A DNA stretch of 64,000 bases. It comes from an uncultured virus (IMG/VR IMGVR_UViG_2917045514_000007) (lineage: Duplodnaviria > Heunggongvirae > Uroviricota > Caudoviricetes). This document shows, piece after piece, positions 1-10,300 of the stretch (positions are counted from its first letter, which is position 1; each line of letters opens with the position of its first letter). The notes under the pieces are model-generated. The model saw only the letters and a list, made by a program, of their open reading frames with translations, was not told the DNA's origin and searched no databases. The stretch spans positions 1 to 64,000 of the IMG/VR virus record IMGVR_UViG_2917045514_000007; one strand, given 5' to 3'. Made by a program: the position numbers and the translations under genes.

Positions 1-222
1 TCATTGGCAACGGATCACGCCGCTGGCGATTTCGTCGTCGATGGAGCGCAGCGCATCGGCATCCTGGTGCATCTGCTCGATCACCTCGAGCAGGCGCTGC
101 GCCAGCTTCGGATCGTTCGCCCGCTCGACGGCGCGCATGACCTCGACCGCAGCCGATTCATGATTGTTCGCCATCTGCTTGAGAGCCTTGCGCAAGCGCT
201 GCTCGGTCCATTTCATCGACAT
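1..222 (-). CDS. host hypothetical protein (73 aa)
   Basis: Complete ORF with helical, protein-like composition; outside the att site and downstream of the tRNA terminator. Confidence 0.6.
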   Translation of the reverse strand: MSMKWTEQRLRKALKQMANNHESAAVEVMRAVERANDPKLAQRLLEVIEQMHQDADALRSIDDEIASGVIRCQ

Positions 223-370
223 GTCGCTTCACCCAGACTGCATATACGGACCCGCCAGGAACGACGGGCTCGCTTAAGAGCGCCGGAGCTGGAACAAGTT
301 CAACCTGCCGTCGCCCCATGAGGGCGGGCTGGGTGCCGGAAAGGCAAGCGGAGAAGAGATCGTGAAGCGC

Positions 371-400
371 AAACGAAAACGCCAGGCACAAGGCCTGGCG
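371..400 (-). terminator. Rho-independent terminator of the tRNA transcript
   Basis: CGCCAGGC/GCCTGGCG stem (380-400) followed on the minus strand by TTTTCGTTT, just 3' of tRNA-His. Confidence 0.8.
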
Positions 401-410
401 CTTCGAAATA

Positions 411-487
411 TGGGGTGGACGATGGGAATCGAACCCACGACACCAGGAGCCACAATCCTGTGCTCTACCAACTGAGCTACGCCCACC
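411..487 (-). tRNA. tRNA-His (GTG)
   Basis: Reverse complement GGTGGGCGTAGCTCAGTTGGTAGAGCACAGGATTGTGGCTCCTGGTGTCGTGGGTTCGATTCCCATCGTCCACCCCA: D-arm, GTG anticodon, TTCGA T-loop, CCA end, extra G-1. Confidence 0.97.
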
Positions 488-552
488 ATATCGTGAATCG
501 TGCCGAACGATCCGGCTTCAACCGCAGCGGCCGGACAAGCCGAGCCTGAAGG

Positions 553-569
553 TGGTGCGGACGGAGAGA
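553..569 (-). repeat. prophage att core: duplicated 3' end of tRNA-Leu (TGGTGCGGACGGAGAGA)
   Basis: Minus strand reads TCTCTCCGTCCGCACCA, a tRNA T-arm half, acceptor and CCA with no 5' half. It lies where tRNA-Leu precedes tRNA-His in the P. aeruginosa Arg-His-Leu-His cluster, and composition turns AT-rich right after it. Confidence 0.85.
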
Positions 570-584
570 ACCAAACCGAGCGCC

Positions 585-597
585 TAACACCTTGATT
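585..597 (-). promoter_or_regulatory. IHF binding site in the att arm
   Basis: Minus strand AATCAAGGTGTTA matches the IHF consensus WATCAANNNNTTR exactly, 15 bp from the att core. Confidence 0.7.
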
Positions 598-627
598 TTT
601 AAAGCGAAAAAGAATTTATCAAATGAA

Positions 628-649
628 CAATGTACTAGTCAATGTACTA
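628..649 (+). repeat. putative integrase arm-type sites (CAATGTACTA x2)
   Basis: Perfect 10-bp direct repeat at 628-637 and 640-649 in the AT-rich att arm. Confidence 0.6.
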
Positions 650-757
650 TTTCATTTTGGCTGCGAAATTCTACCTTTAACACGCAGAAACTGCTATTGC
701 ACGGGACTGCTTTCATCGTGACCCCGGGCCGATCCATTCGTCGGCCAGTCACATACA

Positions 758-773
758 CTGTATATTCATACAG
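758..773. promoter_or_regulatory. LexA (SOS) box
   Basis: CTGTATATTCATACAG fits CTGT-N8-ACAG; 36 bp upstream of the ORF at 810. Confidence 0.85.
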
Positions 774-809
774 CATAATTTCCGGCCCACCCGACCGCCG
801 GAGATTTCC

Positions 810-1322
810 ATGTCCTACTCCGATCCCCGTATCTGCCATCACCGGCGCGTCACCCAATGGCTCGCTGCGATCCGACAGCACGCCGCATGGCTGTATGCCG
901 CTGATGAGCAGTACCTGTATCTGGTGGCCGAGGCAAACGAACTCTATCAGTGCGGAATCGTGGGCCTGCAGGACCGCCACGACATGGTCACCGACGCCTT
1001 GGGGATGTACGGCTGGGCGATCGAGCACGGCATCACACGCGAGACGCACTACTGCGCGGACTGCTGCTACGACGTGCTCGACGGCGGCCGTGCTGTCGGG
1101 ACGGTGGACAGCGAAGGCATTTACCATGCTCCGGCACCGGGACGGCAGCGGCTGGGCTACATCAGCCAGGATCCACTGGACGGGCAGATCTATCTGCGCC
1201 TGGGACAGGTGCTTGAGCGCGCCGGCGTCGTGCGCGGCCTGCTGATCGAACTCGACGCCGGCGGCACGCTGCTGCTTGACGAGCAGATCCCCAGCGACTT
1301 CCGGCCATGGCGGTGGGCCTGA
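810..1322 (+). CDS. SOS-box-preceded hypothetical protein (170 aa)
   Basis: GGAG RBS, ATG, Pseudomonas codon usage, upstream SOS box. Confidence 0.8.
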   Translation: MSYSDPRICHHRRVTQWLAAIRQHAAWLYAADEQYLYLVAEANELYQCGIVGLQDRHDMVTDALGMYGWAIEHGITRETHYCADCCYDVLDGGRAVGTVDSEGIYHAPAPGRQRLGYISQDPLDGQIYLRLGQVLERAGVVRGLLIELDAGGTLLLDEQIPSDFRPWRWA

Positions 1323-1325
1323 CTT

Positions 1326-1592
1326 TCAGCGCTCCGCTTCGTAGGCTGCTACGCCTGAGCCGACGGCGATCCATCCATCCGGCGAGTGCGGGCTTTCGCA
1401 GATCGACACTTCCACTGCCTGGCCCTCTTTGGGCTCGGCTGGAAGTATCGCCGCAGTGCGCCGGAGGTCGTTCGAAGACGGCGCGAAAGTGCTTTCAGAG
1501 CAGTGGAATGCCCATATCCCGTGCTTGCCGGAACTGCCTATCTGGCGGTCCAGCTTTAACGTCCACTTCCCCGCCAATCGAATCACCAGCAT
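1326..1592 (-). CDS. hypothetical protein (88 aa, MLVIRLAGKW...)
   Basis: Internal ATG at 1592 with a GGAG RBS; the longer ORF call overlaps the upstream gene. Confidence 0.65.
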   Translation of the reverse strand: MLVIRLAGKWTLKLDRQIGSSGKHGIWAFHCSESTFAPSSNDLRRTAAILPAEPKEGQAVEVSICESPHSPDGWIAVGSGVAAYEAER

Positions 1593-1629
1593 CGCCCTGC
1601 TCCGTAGGAAAAGGCCGTAGTCTACAACT

Positions 1630-2259
1630 TCAGGGGCACACCATGTTCCCGCCAACAAGCTCACACGCTGGCCCACCATTCGCCGGGAAGTGAGTATTTC
1701 CAGCGCCTCGGTTGTACCTAGCCCCGTTGCTGTCCCAGCACCCACTGTCATCACAACTGGTAAGGACTCCTGGTGCTCCAGGTGCCGTCGGTGCTCGCCT
1801 TGCACTGCCACCGGCCGGCGCGGGTGTAGCAGGCATAGGAACTGAAACACCCGCGCACAACTGCGCGGCGGCGGCAAGCTGAGCAGAGGTCAGCCCTCCA
1901 CGAGATCCGGGATAGGGCGTCGAGGCCTCTTTGCAAAGCCTTTTCCGCTCACGTTCTGCATCGTTGTCGCCCCCGACGACGTTGACTTGAACGCCAGACC
2001 GCACCGAAGGCGCAACGCGATATGGCACCTCAGGTTGAGGCAACGGACTTCGGTACTGCGAGCTGTCGAGGGTGTTCGCGGGGGCGACATCAATGGCCGA
2101 GGACGAGTGACCGCCCGCGCAACCTTGATCCGAAAATGTGACCTTTCCAGCGGCATCGACGCATCGGTATACCTGAGCTGCCGAGGCTGAAGGGAAAGAC
2201 AGCAAAGCGAGCACGGCAAGTGAGGCCGTTGCTCGATAGAAACCCTTGAGGTGCTGCAT
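1630..2259 (-). CDS. secreted DUF4124-like domain protein
   Basis: Signal peptide ending ASAA, then QVYRCVDAAGKVTFSDQGC (DUF4124-like); Pro-rich linkers and Cys pairs. Confidence 0.75.
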   Translation of the reverse strand: MQHLKGFYRATASLAVLALLSFPSASAAQVYRCVDAAGKVTFSDQGCAGGHSSSAIDVAPANTLDSSQYRSPLPQPEVPYRVAPSVRSGVQVNVVGGDNDAERERKRLCKEASTPYPGSRGGLTSAQLAAAAQLCAGVSVPMPATPAPAGGSARRAPTAPGAPGVLTSCDDSGCWDSNGARYNRGAGNTHFPANGGPACELVGGNMVCP

Positions 2260-2335
2260 GACCAACTTCCTTTGGTTGAAGCTCCGTACGTATCAAGCGT
2301 ACCAGCATCAGCCATGCAGCGCTGTGACGACAGCC

Positions 2336-2929
2336 TTATGGCGCTGCGGATTCCAGCGCCTTGATTCGGGTGGAAAGCGCTATAAATGCAGTTTGCAGAT
2401 CCGGTGCTGCCGCCAGACCGCTACCAGCGTCTTCGGCGATTGCATGGTTGTGGTTGCCAGCCGCTGCGGTAGTAGCGGTTGTACCGATCGCAAGGCTGGA
2501 TGTTCCCGCGCCAATAGCCTCCCTTGCTGTTGCGGCATCAGCACCAGCCGCAATAACAGCCGGTTTCCCTGTCACATCCCCCCAGGCAGGCGCATAGTTT
2601 CCCGCTTTGGCGGTGGTTGCGGTAATGCCCAACTGCAGATTAGAAGTGCCGGCCCCGATTGCTGCACGCCCGTCTTCCTCGTTGACGGCCGTCAGCAGAG
2701 ATTTGCCGATGACAGAAGCATCGGTGATGTCCTCCACCACGATGGTGACAGGTCCGGTGCCACTACCATCCGGCGTGCCCTTGACCAAAGCCTGGTAGAC
2801 GGCCTTGTCGTCGGGGTAAAGCAGGATAGGTGCACCGAGCGGCTGCCAGCCATCGGCGATGGCCTCGGTCATGAAGCGCTCGATCTGGTCGATAGGTGCC
2901 TTGAGCACCCGATATGCGGTGTAGGCCAT
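2336..2929 (-). CDS. DUF1737-like N-terminus plus fibre-like repeats (possible head/tail fibre)
   Basis: N-terminal EAIADGWQPLG motif; two AIGAGTS-x-L-x-x-G-x-TATTA-x-AGN repeats; C-terminal coiled coil; GGAGG RBS. Confidence 0.6.
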   Translation of the reverse strand: MAYTAYRVLKAPIDQIERFMTEAIADGWQPLGAPILLYPDDKAVYQALVKGTPDGSGTGPVTIVVEDITDASVIGKSLLTAVNEEDGRAAIGAGTSNLQLGITATTAKAGNYAPAWGDVTGKPAVIAAGADAATAREAIGAGTSSLAIGTTATTAAAGNHNHAIAEDAGSGLAAAPDLQTAFIALSTRIKALESAAP

Positions 2930-2939
2930 GGTTTCCTCC

Positions 2940-3458
2940 CTACGGGGTCGGCTCTTGGGGAATCAACCGGGCGCGACACGAGTTGTAGGCCGCGCTCAGG
3001 GTTTCGACTTCGCTCAGGGAGTCGTTAAAGCGTCGAGAATTTTCTTCCGGTAGTAGCCCGTAGGCCGAGGCGGAGTCTCCTGCACCAGCTTCGGCGGTGC
3101 CGGCTGCGTCACCTGCGGCGCCACCACTACAGCCCCCACCTGCGGCGGGGACGATGCGCACGCGCACAGGGCGGTCGCGCAGCTCACCAGCAAGGCGAGC
3201 GATTTCAGCCTGAGCATCGTTGTCCTTCCTCTCTTGGTCGGCAGCGGCCTTATTGAGCGCTGCCTGTTTCATGTCGCGCTGCGCGGTCAGCTCGGCCAGC
3301 TTGGCGTCAGCCTCGGCGTTCTGCCGCTCCACCTGGTCGCTCAGCGACTTCAGGTTGGCGGTGGCGTCCTGGTACAGGTGCCGATAGGTCAGCGTGCTGG
3401 CCACCAGGCCAGCCAGCGCTATCGCAGCCAGGACTACGCCCAGTTCGCGGGCGGTCAT
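2940..3458 (-). CDS. Rz: i-spanin (Rz-like)
   Basis: N-terminal TM helix then coiled coil; ATGA overlap with the endolysin stop; contains an embedded lipoprotein gene. Confidence 0.85.
   Translation of the reverse strand: MTARELGVVLAAIALAGLVASTLTYRHLYQDATANLKSLSDQVERQNAEADAKLAELTAQRDMKQAALNKAAADQERKDNDAQAEIARLAGELRDRPVRVRIVPAAGGGCSGGAAGDAAGTAEAGAGDSASAYGLLPEENSRRFNDSLSEVETLSAAYNSCRARLIPQEPTP
3014..3217 (-). CDS. Rz1: o-spanin lipoprotein (Rz1-like), embedded in Rz
   Basis: Lipoprotein signal ending LCAC, Pro-rich mature part, alternative frame inside Rz. Confidence 0.8.
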   Translation of the reverse strand: MLRLKSLALLVSCATALCACASSPPQVGAVVVAPQVTQPAPPKLVQETPPRPTGYYRKKILDALTTP

Positions 3459-3988
3459 TGCGGCACCTGCACGGCGATGCATTGCGCATGCCGCTCCTGC
3501 TGTCTGGTCCACACGCCTTTGCAGCCCCTCGGCCCCCAGTTCTTCGGCAGCGAGCAGTCGCGGCCTGCCTGGTTGCGCCACTTCAGCAGGTCGTCGCACG
3601 CCTGCTGGTAGTTGCCGGCGAGCAAGTCGCGGCGCATCGAGCTACCGCGCCAGTTGGTGATGCCGAACTGGCCCGTGAAATCCAGGTACAGGTCATACTC
3701 CTCCTGGAACAGCTTCACGCCGGGCAACGAGTCGCGGAACTGCTGTTCGTCCTTCGCCATCAGGTTGCGCGCGAGTTGTTCGCCGCGCTGGCGGGTGATC
3801 GGCGGATCGGTCAGCTTCACCGATTGGCCATTCTCGTAGCGGGTGGAGCCGTAACCGATGGTCGGAACGTCGCCCTTGGTTGGCACGTATGGTTTCGCGC
3901 TGAAATCCTCCGACTTCATCCAGGCGCCGAAGCCGGCCAGGCTGACGGTCAGCGCAGCAACCAGCACGCGGTTACGGCTGTTCGACAT
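3455..3988 (-). CDS. endolysin, GH24 lysozyme, probably SAR type
   Basis: N-terminal Ala/Gly-rich hydrophobic segment followed by E...D..TIGYG lysozyme motif; GxxxRQQER C-terminal motif. Confidence 0.9.
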   Translation of the reverse strand: MSNSRNRVLVAALTVSLAGFGAWMKSEDFSAKPYVPTKGDVPTIGYGSTRYENGQSVKLTDPPITRQRGEQLARNLMAKDEQQFRDSLPGVKLFQEEYDLYLDFTGQFGITNWRGSSMRRDLLAGNYQQACDDLLKWRNQAGRDCSLPKNWGPRGCKGVWTRQQERHAQCIAVQVPQ

Positions 3989-4229
3989 CGCCACGCCCCC
4001 GGATGGCCTCGATGCGGGCAGCGCTCTCGGCTGATTCGCGGCGGTCGCGGCGAACCTGGAAATAGATATTGGCCAGCAGGCCGATGACGGCGACCAGCAC
4101 GCCGATCAGCCCCACCCAGTTGATCTGCGCCAGCCAGCCCAACGCGCCCGCAAGGGCGCCAGCCAGCGTGGTCTTGTTGGCCACCGAAACGCCCACCACC
4201 TCTACCGCCATTCCGGCCCTCTCCGACAT
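3972..4229 (-). CDS. holin
   Basis: 85 aa, hydrophobic segments, charged C-terminus (RRDRRE); directly upstream of the endolysin with a GGAG RBS. Confidence 0.85.
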   Translation of the reverse strand: MSERAGMAVEVVGVSVANKTTLAGALAGALGWLAQINWVGLIGVLVAVIGLLANIYFQVRRDRRESAESAARIEAIRGRGDVEQP

Positions 4230-4280
4230 AACTCCATCCTCCAAAGGCCGGGGCATCACGCCCCGGCTTCTTGGGCAGGT

Positions 4281-4322
4281 AGTTTTCGGTACAGCCAGAG
4301 AACGGCAAATCCTTACAGGGGG
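4281..4322 (-). promoter_or_regulatory. putative late promoter (lysis cassette)
   Basis: CCCCCTGTAAGG (4311-4322), then 24 nt, then AAAACT; one of four copies. Confidence 0.6.
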
Positions 4323-4323
4323 T

Positions 4324-7300
4324 TCAGTCCAGCGCTGCGCGGGTGCGCTCCAGATCCTCTCGCATCTGCTGCCGCATCGCTTTCGGTGCGGTCTTCGCTA
4401 TCCGTTCGTCCTTCGATAGCGACATTTCGCGGACTCGTCGCATGATGTCTGGCACTCGGATGGCCATTGGCTGGTCAGGGTTGCGCCGATTCCAGTCGGC
4501 TATTGCTTGCCGCGCGCGCTCAACCTTGCCCTGGTCTTTCTCGAAGATGCCGGCCGCCCACATACTGCGGATTTCTTGCGCCTTCAGGTTGTAGAAGGCC
4601 TTCGCCTTCTGACTGAGCATGTTGGCTTCCTGAATGGTCGCCACACTGGCAGGCTGGAAACCGATCATCTTCATCGCGGCCTCAAGCGTGTTGGTATCCA
4701 AGACCTTGTAGCCCTTCGTGTCTCGGTACATCCCAGTGGCGAGCATATCCACACCCTTGGCAGCGTTTCGTACCGCCCCCGGGGATATTTCCAGCAACCC
4801 GCTACCGATGTCGCCACTGGCGATCTTTTTCCCGCCCTCAAGGATGCGATTCGCGAAGTCCCCCATGGGGCCAGCTATTTCAAGCACATCGCGAATATTC
4901 GCGGGGGCGGGCTGGAGTAGCCGGGTTCCAGGAATCAGGTTCCCCATGCCCAGCCGGCCTGAGGCATCGAGCGGAGCACCAGGCAGTCCGGACACCCCGC
5001 GATCAATGAAGTCGGCAAGCACCCGACCAAACAGACCTTCCAGAAACTCCTGTTTGGCCTTCGCGGTAGAGAAGTTGTAGCCCATGAGTTGCGCCGCACC
5101 GTCGATCAGGTCTTCGGCGTCTTCGGCGAACGGCAAGCCACCGGCGCCGCCGACGAGCAGCAGCATGCCGATCATCAGGGCAGCAGCCTTCCGACCGTCC
5201 TTGCGCTCCTGCGAACCAGGCTCACCCTGATTCCACAAGCGATGCATCAGCTCAAGATAGGCCACGCTGTACGTCTTGAAGGTCATCAAGGTGCCGCCGA
5301 CGGCACCACGCCCCCAGCGCATCTTGCTGGCCTTGGAGTATACGAACTGCGTCTCGCGCACGGCCCGGCGTGCGAACTCGTCAGGATTGGCCATGTTCTG
5401 CGCTTTGGCGATGCGATACGACGCGATGTAAGTCATGCGGCGGTTGATCTGCTCTGCGGCGCCGAACAACTTGCCCCAGGCCATCGACAGGCGCGCCACG
5501 CTGTTGGACGCAAGTGCTCGAGCATCACCCAAGCGCGTCCCGTCCCCGGCGCGCAGCGAGCCGCTGCCGCGGGCCTGCGCCATCAACTGGTGGACCTCCT
5601 GCGGGGACACCACCCCATCATCCTCTGCGCGCTTTAATGCCCGGGCCAGGTCCGGTTCGAACTGATAGGAGCGCTGCGCCATCTGTCGTGCTGCCCGCCC
5701 CAGTTCCGCCGCAGCGCGCTTCACCCCGCAATACTGACTCAACCAGGGAAAAGTCACTTGGACCGGCTGGGTCATGTTGACGAAGGCTGACGCGACGGAC
5801 CCGCCGAGGTACTGCGCAAACAGCAGTCCGCGCACCGCCTGCCCCTCCTCTTGCGGGTTCTTGATGTAGTCGGCCAGCCGTACCGCGGCGTCCTTCAGTT
5901 CGCCCTGCGCCTGTGGGATGCCGTTCACAGCCTCGGAAAGGTTGCCCATGTGCAGGCCGGCGGCGGTCTGCCGGGAGTTGGAGTAGATGAACGATGCCAA
6001 CACGCGGCCCACGTCCTCGCTGTAGCCGGCGATGCCCTTGCGGTGGATCAACCGGCGCATCGCGGAACGGTTGGTCTTGGTCAGGCGCAGGTATTCCTGG
6101 AACGCCTGGTCGCGGGCGCTGTCGCCCTCCGAGTCGAAGCCCAGGGCGTTGCCGAACAGTTCCAGGGTTTCCGGGGTGATGCCGGCGAATAGCTTGTAGC
6201 TTTCCTCGGACAGCGTGCCCTGACTGACGGTGGCGCCAGGGAAGGCGCCGCGCATCTGCTCGGCCATCAGGTTCGCCTCGCGCTTGGTCTCGAACAGGCT
6301 GAAATACTGGCGCTCGCCGTTCGCGTCCACCACATCCACGGTGTACTTGCCGAAGCGCGACAGCGGTGCATAGCCCTCGCCCTGCAACTGGGCGACCTTC
6401 TCGGCGCGATCCGTCATGCCGTGTGCCAGGTTCAGCAGGTTCGTGGCGCGTTCCGGCCATGCATCAGCCATCTGCGCCAGGTGGTCGCGCAGTATCGCGG
6501 CCCCCTCCTGCGCATCGGCCGCGTCCATCACCTGGTCGCGCAGTTCCTTCACATCCTCGCCGCCGAAGCGCAGCATGTCGGCGCGGGCCATGGTGTCCAG
6601 GCTACGGTCGGTGGCGGCGCGGAACTCGCGGTACAGCGCGACCTGCGCATCGTTGAGCTTCCACATGTCGCGCAGCTCAGCGTCGGTCCAGACGATGCCT
6701 GCCTTGAGCATCTGCGACTCGTAGCGGCTGTCGATCATCTTCGCGAACTGCTCGGGGCTCAGGCCGCGCCAGGCGCGCAGCAGTCCCTCGGGAATCTTGC
6801 CCTGCTTCAGCAGGATGTCCGCCTTCTCGTCGGCCGTCAGACGCATGGCGCGCTCAGCCAGCGAATCGACGCGCACCGGCTTGCCGTCCACGTCGCGCGC
6901 CCACATCAGCGTGCCCTCGAATACCGGCTTGGCCACCGCCTTGTTGTCCTCAGCGCCCACCGGGGACTTTGCAATGTCGCGCCAGGTTTCCAGCTTCGGC
7001 AGCAGTTTCGGCGCCAGATCAGCCGCATCGCTGGCGTAATAGCTCACGTCATCGATAAATCCTTGCGCCGACTCGAAGACCGGCTTGAATGCCGGGGAAC
7101 GCTCTGCGAGGTTGTACATGGTGCCGATGGTCTTGTGCCACCAGGACAGGCCTCCCGGAGCGCTGAAGGTCTTGTTCAGTTCGGCGGTAGCCTTGCTGGT
7201 GAGTTCGCGCAGACCGGAGCGACTGAACTGCGGACCTTCGGGTTCATTCAGGCTTGCGGTCAGCAGCCGCTGGAGTACACTGGCTACGTCTCCTGAACTG

Positions 7301-10300
7301 GACGAGCCGGAAGGCTGCGCTGCCATCATGGCATCAGCACCGGATACTCGACGGTTCAGGAGATATTCTTTTGTGGCCACCGAATGCAGATACATGCGCT
7401 GCATGTTCGGATCGCGGCGCACCAACACAGTCACGATGTCATCCTTATCGTCGATCACCACCGGCGCCGACACGTAGAAACTCTCCCCCTTCTCATAGTC
7501 CGCGCGGTGAACCACCACACCTCGCTCCAGCACGTCCTTGACGGCCGCGAACGCCGAGAACTTGTATGGGTTGGCCTTGCCATGCGCCATCGAGTCGCGC
7601 ACAGCGCGCATATCCAGCACCACGTCGCCCAGGTCCGGGTTCACTGCCTTGCCACCTTGAGACTCGAATAGCTTCGCCGCCCACTCGCGAACCGCAGCGA
7701 AGCCCTGTGGTGCTTCATTCCCCTCCAGGATGGCCACCGGCGGGCCTTGCAGCACGCGCGCCTTTCGCATGTCGTCCTGGCTCATGGCTAGGCCGTCGCC
7801 CCGTACCCGGCCTTCGGCGGCGCTTTCCACACCAGCCATCGCATATCGCACCAGATCGTCCACGCTGATGCGGCCAACCGGCAGACCGTGGCGCAGCATC
7901 CACTGACGGATGTTGGCCAGGAACCTACGCAGGAAGTCACCCACCTGCTTGCCCAGCGCACTGTCTACCCAGGACAGGAACCGGCTATCAGCCTCGGCGA
8001 ATCCCTGCTCTCGCCCTTCAATAACAGCCTGCTCCACGATATACGGAGCGGCCTCCTTCATGTTGCGGCTCTCGCCGGACTCGATCATGCGGCTGGCCAC
8101 ACGGTCCAGGAAGGTGCGCAGTTCGGCGCTCCGCACGTTGCCGCGATTCATCAGCATGGCGTGGGCAGCCTGGTCGAGATTCTGTCGCTGCTGGCCGTGA
8201 ACCATTTCGTGAAGCACCACGGCCGGGGCGGTTACCGGATTCAGGTTCGGGCCGACCAGAAAAGTTAGACCTGATCTGGCATCGTAGAAGCCATTGATGC
8301 GCTCGCCATCCTCAAACAGTTGAACGGCATCGCTCAGTGCGGTACCGGATTTCCGCGCGTAGGTGTGCGCGATGCGCAACGGGTCGGCGCTGTCGATCAC
8401 CACCAAGCCGCCCCGTTGTCCTTCCTTGCCGCGCTTCAGCATCTTGCGCACAGCCTGGCCCAGGGCTGGGAACTGCAGGTCGAAAGCACGCACCAGGCTG
8501 TGCGAGGTCATCGGCGGACGCCCCGTCAGGTTCTGCGGCAACGGGCCATTCTCGATGTCGCGGCCATTGAACGACACCAGCACCTGACTTGCAGGGATGT
8601 CCGCCGACTCATCGGGTGCAATGTCCCGGCGCAGGCGCGGCGTCATTTTCAGACGAGCCTGCGTGTTGCGCGCCTCCACCTCTCCAGCCAAACGACGATA
8701 GGTCGCCGCACCAGTCTTGTCGAAGTTGCTGACGAAAGCCCTGGCCGAGCCACCCATGGCGAAACCTTCCCGGATCTGTATCGCATGCTGGAGTTCGTGC
8801 AGGATCGCCGAGGCAACCTCGGTGCGCGGCATGTTCGCCTGAACCTCAACTTGGTTACCAGTGGCGAACCGGCGTAGGCGAGCCAGCGCAGTGACGCCCT
8901 CTGGCATCACTGCCACCGGGATACGCTGCAGGTCAGGATATGCAGCGAACAGTTGAGGATGGCTGAGCACATCGCCTACAGTCGGTCGACTACGCTCGTC
9001 GTTGATGGCATTGAGGTGGGCCATATCGATGATGGCGCCAGCAGTCTCACCGGCCACGGCGATGCTGGCCTGATGATCGCTGATTTCGAAGCGCCACTTG
9101 CCATCAGTGCCGCGGTGCCAGCCGGTATCTCGACGAACGGCCTCGGCGTTTTCGCCCATGGCGATGCGCTGCTGCGCGGTGCTCAGGGCATGCAGGTTGG
9201 CGCCGACGGCATTGCGTCCGGTGAACGAGTACTGCACAGGCGGTTGTTCGCCGGGCTGCGGCGCTGCCGACTCTTCGGCTGCCGGCTTGTCGATCACCAC
9301 CATGCGCGCGTTCACGCCGGTATTGACGGATAGCGCTGGGTCCATAAACGAACCTTCCGGCAGCCGTTCACTGGTGGCACCCAGGCCGTCCAGCCAGGCA
9401 CGGAAGTTCTCGGCGGCCTTGTTGCTCTGGAAGAAGGCGCCTTCGCTCATGATGGCAACCAGGCGGCCGCCGGGCTTCAGCAGGCTGTAGGCGTGCTGTA
9501 CGTGCTGGATGTCGCGCCCCTTGGAGAACGGCGGGTTCATCACGATACGGTCGTACTGCTTGCCGGACACCTCCATGAAGTCGGATCCGACCAGGTTGTA
9601 GCCCTTGGCCTCCAGCAACTCGCGGCGTTCTCCGGAAAGCTCCACCACTTCGGGCTCCACGCCGGTCTGCTCGCGGATCGCGTCGGCCATATGGCCCATG
9701 CCGGCGGAAGGCTCCAGCACGTCCATGCCTCCCTGGATGTCGGCGGCGTCGATGGCTTCCTCGGTGACGGCGGCCGAGGTTGGGAAGAAGTCCAGGCCGT
9801 CATTGCGACGACCGATCATCGCCCGTTCCATCTGCTTGATCTTATCCGGCTCGGCGGGCGCCTCGCGCAGCGCTACGAACTCGCGCAGTGCAGAGCGGTA
9901 CTCGCTGCCGGTGAGGATGCCCATGCTCTCCAGGCGCTTGCGCTTTTCGTGCGCACTCTCCAGCGCCCACGGAACGGTGATCTTGCTGCCACTGCGCCGG
10001 CCCAGGGCCTGCACCAGTTCGCCCCCGAACTCGCCGGACAGCGTGATGCGCTTGTCGCCGTCGCCCTGCCAGAGGCCCAGCTTCATGGCTTCGCTGGGGG
10101 CCATGACGATGCGGTTCTGCCCGCGTTTCACCGGAAGCACGATGGCCTTGCCGGTGAGGCCGGAGCGGCGAATGGCACGCTCAGCATCCTCGCGACTCTT
10201 AAAGTCGGCGAACTGGTCACCGCGGGTGAAGCGGCTGACGGACAGAAGGTTCTGCTTGGCCCAGCCGGTGTAGGCCTCGGTCACATCGTCGGCGACCTTC

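Noticed and set aside
274..489. 71-aa ORF MVGVAQLVEHRIVAPG...
   Set aside because: It is a translation of the tRNA-His gene.
2938..2948. Fifth near-match to the late motif (CCCCGTAGGG)
   Set aside because: It coincides with the Rz stop codon and the next RBS, leaving no room for a -10 before the ATG; probably coincidental.
7639..7656. GTTCACTGCC, the start of the type I-F CRISPR repeat
   Set aside because: Only 10 nt match, inside a CDS, with no hairpin or array. No CRISPR array or solitary repeat was seen in the window.
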